A stretch of DNA of 63,832 nucleotides, filler included, from Octopus bimaculoides (taxonomy: Eukaryota): assembly GCF_001194135.2 (NCBI RefSeq). It is 4 parts of 4 records of this genome, joined end to end, with 100 filler letters (N's around TTAATTAATTAA, not from the genome) between each part and the next. Parts side by side here need not be neighbours in the genome. Positions count along the whole stretch, not along the records: positions 35,550 to 63,832 come from NC_069010.1; 3 more parts are not named here. The stretch is one strand, 5' to 3'. Positions 61,996 through 63,832 of the stretch are shown here, one piece after another. How positions within the stretch are numbered: the stretch's first letter is position 1; each line of letters opens with the position of its first letter. A model generated the notes under the pieces. That model did no database searches and had not been told where the DNA came from. It worked only from the letters and a program-made list of their open reading frames with translations. The position numbers and the translations under genes are program-made.

Positions 61996-63832
61996 TATTA
62001 TTATTATTATTATTATTAGTGGTATCCACTGCCTGACGTCTTTCTCTCTCTGTTTCTCCTCTCCTACACAGACCGCATCACGGAGGTCCCCGAACAAAAC
62101 GTGTACATATGTGAATCCAAATATCTGGAAACTGAGCGAAGCATCCGAAAGCTGGCCAAAGGTCTTAAGGTATACCTAAAAGTTAGATCGGTTTAAGTAT
62201 TCTCCCCTTTTTTTTGCTTTCTCTATTTTTGTTTCGAATTTGCATTTCATTTTTATTTTGCTTATATATTTTTTTTTATTTTTCGTCCATTTCCTTTTTT
62301 TTCTTTTTTTCCATCTTTTCTAATAATTTCTCAAGAACATGTATTTTGCTGTCGTATCATTATTAATTGCTTTTAGTTCCCGTTTGCTGTTTTGGTCATT
62401 TTTAGTGTCTTCTTTTTTTTTTTTTGTATTACTGTTCTTATTTAGCGCAACCCCACCCCCCTCCTTCATCCAGGATCAGTTTTTCCTGGATTAGCAGACT
62501 TCTTATTGAATGGTGACTCCAAACAGTGTCCTTCCTGTCACGCACAGTCGTCATCGACATTGTTGTAACCTTGTTGCACCGTGTTCCCGTGATCTCTGCC
62601 AAATTCTCGTTGAAGTGCTAATGAACATCACATGTTAAAAAGGAAGATACAATCCTAAAATTAAACAACCAATCACATTGCAGCTTTGTAGTCAGGTGTC
62701 TCTATATTGCATAGTTAATGGTGTTCCTTTCCCAATAGCCGTTGTTTACTTTTGTTTTTAATCAGCAAAAAAAAAAAAATTTTTTACAATGAAACGAGGC
62801 TGTGATGAACCCAGCACTTTCTTTGGTAAACGAGAAAAGCCCGGACTCTTTGTAGTTGAGGAAAAACTATTGATATTTATTATTCCGACAGAGTTTATCC
62901 ATACGCGGACAATGTCAGTGATTTGGATAATAAAACTCGTGAAAGTAATGAAGAAAGTAGTTTATTCAGGTGAACAAAATACAATAGTTGAGAGATTGGC
63001 CTATTATTGTTAGTCTCTTGAATGTTTGTCTTTTGTGATTCTCTCCATTCGTTTACCCACAATAAATAAATACGGTAATTGAAAGGTAGCTCTATTTCTG
63101 TTATTCTAATGAATTTTTTGTGGTCCTATCCAGACAATGTTTTGGAAAGACACCCTAGTAGGTTGCATATCCGATTTGGACCACCAAGAGTTGCAGTTAA
63201 GTTCTGATCTTTGTGGATCTAAAAATGTCTTTTGCGGCCCTCTATTAGATTTGTAGACCTTCTGGTATACACTGCATTGAAAGGTGTGCACAGACATACA
63301 GGCAGAATAGTTGGTGGAGGTTCGTTTTCCATGGGTTATCACTAACACATATATATATATGTTTTAATCTTTCACTTAGGCATTGTGAGACTAATAACAT
63401 AGTGTAGAACTCAATATATGTTTCAGGGCAACATGTTAGAAGATGAAATGAAAAAGGATTAAATGATTATCTTATGAACTTCATTAGCTTACAGCTGTTT
63501 CTGCTATGGCGTTAGGAAGGGCATCCAGCTGCAGAAACTCTGCCAAATCAGATTGGAGCCTGGTGTAGCCATCTGGTTTGCCAGTCCTCAGTCAAATCGT
63601 CCAACCCATGCTAGCATGGAAAGCGGACGTTAAACGATGATGATGCAGTTTAGTTTACTAATTAACAGGGTTTTGATTTAATCAAGGGCCAGAAATTTTG
63701 TCTTCGCATATTTTTTTTTTAATTAATTAATTTATTTATTTGATTTTATTTTTTGTTTCTTCGTGAAAGGAAACAGTAAATTTCCAAATTCTAGAAGCTT
63801 CTCCCCCTCTTCATCTTTTGCAGAAATACTCA
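37721..63832 (+). CDS. PBRM1: Polybromo-1 (BAF180, PBAF subunit), partial multi-exon gene: end of BD3, BD4, BD5, BD6, BAH1, BAH2. The 5' part is outside this segment and the 3' part is beyond the window.
   Basis: Manual splicing of GT-AG exons gives sequence collinear with PBRM1 as recalled: LQKIMMDKKKEL, DYPDYYRVIMEPIDM...NARHYNEEDSQVY, NACKYNEPDSLIYKDA, DEEGRCYSDS, IKIRDELCKNGEILLTPALSY, WFYRPNETFHLATRKFLEKEVFKS, VYVCESRY, GDCVHIKS, MFYCREVF. Intron phases agree except across the 46175 gap. Confidence 0.96.
38067..38805 (+). mobile_element. Two SINE family A copies (38067-38272, about 38600-38805), each flanked by TAT runs
   Basis: Homology to the 2417 copy. Confidence 0.8.
39585..39980 (+). 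mobile_element. tRNA-derived SINE, family B, full length (CORE-like segment ccttgggcaa, internal TA/TG repeat, AAGAGTA tail)
   Basis: A box TGGCTGTGTGG, B box GGGTTCAGTCCC; partial copies at 36493-36543, 37328-37445 (-), 42829-42974, about 49965-50100 and about 3500-3575 (-). Confidence 0.88.
40380..41450 (-). mobile_element. RTE-clade LINE remnant with internal deletion
   Basis: KAIKDMKTGK; QFAFVSGRSTTGAIFLVRQLQKKY; KCRSLTVEGTCGRGRPRKT; frameshifts and stops. Confidence 0.85.
42060..42097 (-). ncRNA. Inverted copy of the same hammerhead with core CCGAUGA (U4C), probably impaired
   Basis: Reverse complement reads CTGT-CCGATGA-ACGGGAACGT-GAAACTCTGAGTA-ACAG. Confidence 0.6.
42125..42162 (+). 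ncRNA. Minimal type-I hammerhead ribozyme
   Basis: Helix I CUGU (42125-28)/ACAG (42159-62); core CUGAUGA (42129-35); helix II ACG-GGAA-CGU; GAAA (42146-49); helix III ACU-CUG-AGU; cleavage triplet GUA (H17 = 42158). All conserved core nucleotides are present. Confidence 0.8.
43459..43638 (+). CDS. PBRM1: PBRM1 exon, BD3-BD4 linker and BD4 start (KMDRDSWDDE...LQKRLWALYKSVYDFC)
   Basis: ctcattag| ... |gtaagt, 180 nt, phase 0-0. Confidence 0.85.
44157..45081 (+). mobile_element. Two SINE family A copies (44157-44323, 44859-45081) bracketing a long TAT array
   Basis: Homology to the 2417 copy. Confidence 0.8.
44325..44857. repeat. About 530-bp degenerate (TAT)n array with an internal 218-bp duplication
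   Basis: The variant pattern ttgttgttgttattattgatatt recurs at 44471 and 44689. Confidence 0.92.
45129..45260 (+). CDS. PBRM1: PBRM1 exon, BD4 ZA loop (DTNDRYLREIFMTLPLKRDYPDYYRVIMEPIDMSTIEIKIKTDK)
   Basis: atttgtag| ... |gtaacc, 132 nt, bromodomain PDYY..I..P.D motif. Confidence 0.95.
45369..45547 (+). CDS. PBRM1: PBRM1 exon, BD4 C-half (YISELKLIADFELMFNNARHYNEEDSQVYHDANTLERVLKNKWKS...APGK)
   Basis: ttttgcag| ... AG|gtgcgt, 179 nt, ends in phase 2. Confidence 0.95.
47261..47428 (+). CDS. PBRM1: PBRM1 exon, BD5 (EYPDYYEVIKRPIDMQRIQQRVASNQYESVDDMVADFVQMFDNACKYNEPDSLIYK)
   Basis: cctttttcag| ... |gtgagt, 168 nt, phase 0-0. Confidence 0.97.
47533..48107 (+). mobile_element. Chimeric SINE: family B 5' part (47533-47780) + family C body and tail (47781-48107)
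   Basis: Direct comparison with the 39585 (B) and 5237 (C) copies. Confidence 0.8.
48257..48394 (+). CDS. PBRM1: PBRM1 exon, BD5 end and BD6 start (DALTLQRVCLEKK...ELMTNLFISVYNYQ)
   Basis: ctcccag| ... |gtcagt, 138 nt. Confidence 0.95.
49100..49260 (-). mobile_element. RTE LINE C-terminal fragment
   Basis: GTCGRGRPRKMWNKVVRKNLQMLGL, homologous to 40430-40600. Confidence 0.75.
49502..49590 (+). CDS. PBRM1: PBRM1 exon, BD6 (DEEGRCYSDSFAELPERDPDEELESGEPK)
   Basis: tttgtttcag| ... GA|gtaagt, 89 nt, ends in phase 2. Confidence 0.95.
50891..50921 (+). CDS. PBRM1: PBRM1 exon, 3' end lost in gap (E-KPLTFDQIKR...)
   Basis: ctgttcacag|G completes GAG with the upstream phase-2 exon; matches the BD6 'LTFD' motif; N gap starts at 50922. 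Confidence 0.9.
51326..51412 (+). CDS. PBRM1: PBRM1 exon, BD6 (GRYVRVDRFQEDMFKVFDRARQLSRTDSQ)
   Basis: ttttaacag| ... |gtcagt, 87 nt. Confidence 0.95.
51717..51935 (+). CDS. PBRM1: PBRM1 exon, BD6 end (LYEDAIEMQLFFIKIRDELCKNGEILLTPALSYTEKHL...KIASAS)
   Basis: long CT tract, ccacag| ... |gtaagt, 219 nt. Confidence 0.97.
52270..52613 (+). mobile_element. RTE-LINE 3'-tail-derived repeat (family E, GAT tail). Other copies: 60541-60810 (-), 63507-63645 (+), 35550-35705 (-), about 42270-42450 (-), about 55735-55990 (-).
   Basis: Shared ...cccatgctagcatggaaagcggacgttaaacgatgatg end; the internal gccagtgcc...gcacgtaaaaa module resembles the 3' end of the RTE remnant near 40380-40440. Confidence 0.75.
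52844..52917 (+). CDS. PBRM1: PBRM1 exon, BAH1 start (ERMEASIKYRDQIYSIGDFVYIEP-R)
   Basis: tctttgtag| ... AG|gtaagt, 74 nt; GD.VY BAH motif. Confidence 0.92.
53783..53921 (+). CDS. PBRM1: PBRM1 exon, BAH1 (ENGLEPHIMCIEKL...WFYRPNETFHLATRKFLEK)
   Basis: ttttacag|A ... |gtatct, 139 nt; phase fits the upstream exon. Confidence 0.97.
54021..54120 (+). mobile_element. Mariner-type left-end fragment
   Basis: caagggggtactgaaaagctcccggct resembles the TIR of the 25540 element. Confidence 0.5.
54174..54278 (+). CDS. PBRM1: PBRM1 exon, BAH1 (EVFKSEFSTTISLSQLLGPKCYVMFVKDYFKMKPQ)
   Basis: tatttcag| ... |gtgagg, 105 nt. Confidence 0.96.
54267..54650 (+). repeat. Tandem repeat, 4 x 96 bp, overlapping a PBRM1 exon 3' end and donor
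   Basis: Units start at 54267, 54363, 54459 and 54555 with ATGAAACCACAG. Confidence 0.95.
55505..55579 (+). CDS. PBRM1: PBRM1 exon, BAH1 end (GFADKDVYVCESRYNARHKAFKKIK)
   Basis: tgttttcag| ... |gtaagg, 75 nt. Confidence 0.96.
57257..57344 (+). CDS. PBRM1: PBRM1 exon, pre-BAH2 (NVELEMYGPEYAGSVYYEQYNTPSGCYKL-G)
   Basis: cattgtag| ... G|gtaagt, 88 nt; YYEQ motif. Confidence 0.9.
57469..57698. mobile_element. piggyBac-like MITE, 230 bp including TTAA
   Basis: TTAA|CCCTTT...AAAGGG|TTAA. Confidence 0.8.
57722..57951. mobile_element. Second copy of the same piggyBac-like MITE
   Basis: TTAA|CCCTTTCGTTA...TAACGAAAGGG|TTAA; aligns end to end with the 57469 copy. Confidence 0.8.
58193..58268 (+). 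CDS. PBRM1: PBRM1 exon, BAH2 start (GDCVHIKSTEEKPFIARIDKIWVTA-G)
   Basis: cctatccag|GT ... GG|gtcagt, 76 nt; phase fits. Confidence 0.95.
58544..58937 (-). mobile_element. SINE family B, full length, antisense to PBRM1
   Basis: Reverse-complement homology to the 39585 copy. Confidence 0.88.
59402..59419. repeat. (CCCTAA)3 telomere-type repeat running into a gap
   Basis: ccctaaccctaaccctaa immediately before the N run at 59420. Confidence 0.7.
60033..60182 (+). CDS. PBRM1: PBRM1 exon, BAH2, 5' end lost in gap (LFVRPSDVEHSPTRMFYCREVFYSCKETSFPAMTVIGRCAVLHIKDYCS)
   Basis: open frame from the gap edge to T|gtaata; BAH2 motif F..P....H.PT.MFY..EVF. Confidence 0.93.
61460..61665 (+). mobile_element. 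Second MITE-like dispersed family (ends resembling accctttagcatt / aatgccaaaggg); related pieces at about 36385-36480, 37560-37680, 39093-39240
   Basis: Shared text gacattg.agggtaggtgtgaga...gatctgg.cagtttgaacataa at 37570 and 61560. Confidence 0.6.
61752..61955 (+). mobile_element. SINE family A copy
   Basis: Homology to the 2417 copy. Confidence 0.8.
62072..62169 (+). CDS. PBRM1: PBRM1 exon, BAH2 end (Y-RITEVPEQNVYICESKYLETERSIRKLAKGLK)
   Basis: cctacacag|AC ... |gtatac, 98 nt; phase fits. Confidence 0.95.
63824..63832 (+). CDS. PBRM1: Probable start of the next PBRM1 exon (KYS...), cut by the window end
   Basis: pyrimidine tract + ttttgcag|AAA TAC TCA, phase 0 as required; only 3 codons are visible. 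Confidence 0.6.

Overview
This is eukaryotic, AT-rich DNA packed with microsatellites and SINEs, with many N gaps. The repeat landscape looks like a coleoid cephalopod, most likely Octopus (inference from recalled SINE families, not a database hit). The window is not one contiguous locus. Three identical 100-nt blocks (44 N + TTAATTAATTAA + 44 N) at 10105, 29888 and 35450 are synthetic joiners that divide it into four probably unlinked segments. Segment 4 (35550-63832) carries the central and 3' part of a polybromo-1 gene (PBRM1/BAF180, + strand): end of bromodomain 3, BD4-BD6, BAH1 and BAH2. I reconstructed 19 GT-AG exons or exon fragments, and at least one further exon is hidden in a gap. 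The rest is tRNA-derived SINEs (at least four families) and RTE-LINE remnants and tails. There is also an R4/Dong-type RLE LINE fragment, decayed maT (DD37D), hAT and mariner transposons, and piggyBac-like MITEs. The most interesting signals are: (1) a minimal type-I hammerhead ribozyme on the sense strand of a PBRM1 intron, facing an inverted core-mutated copy, the two forming a 78-bp hairpin; (2) a second fold-back built from the 3' half of a different hammerhead-like motif; (3) a 4 x 96-bp tandem array that duplicates a PBRM1 exon end, with the GT donor changed to AT in all distal copies; (4) a chimeric SINE fused at a shared microhomology; (5) unrecognised minus-strand candidate exons in segment 2. 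There is no prokaryotic-type system and no CRISPR array. Nearly all long ORFs in the supplied track are artefacts of N runs or microsatellites.
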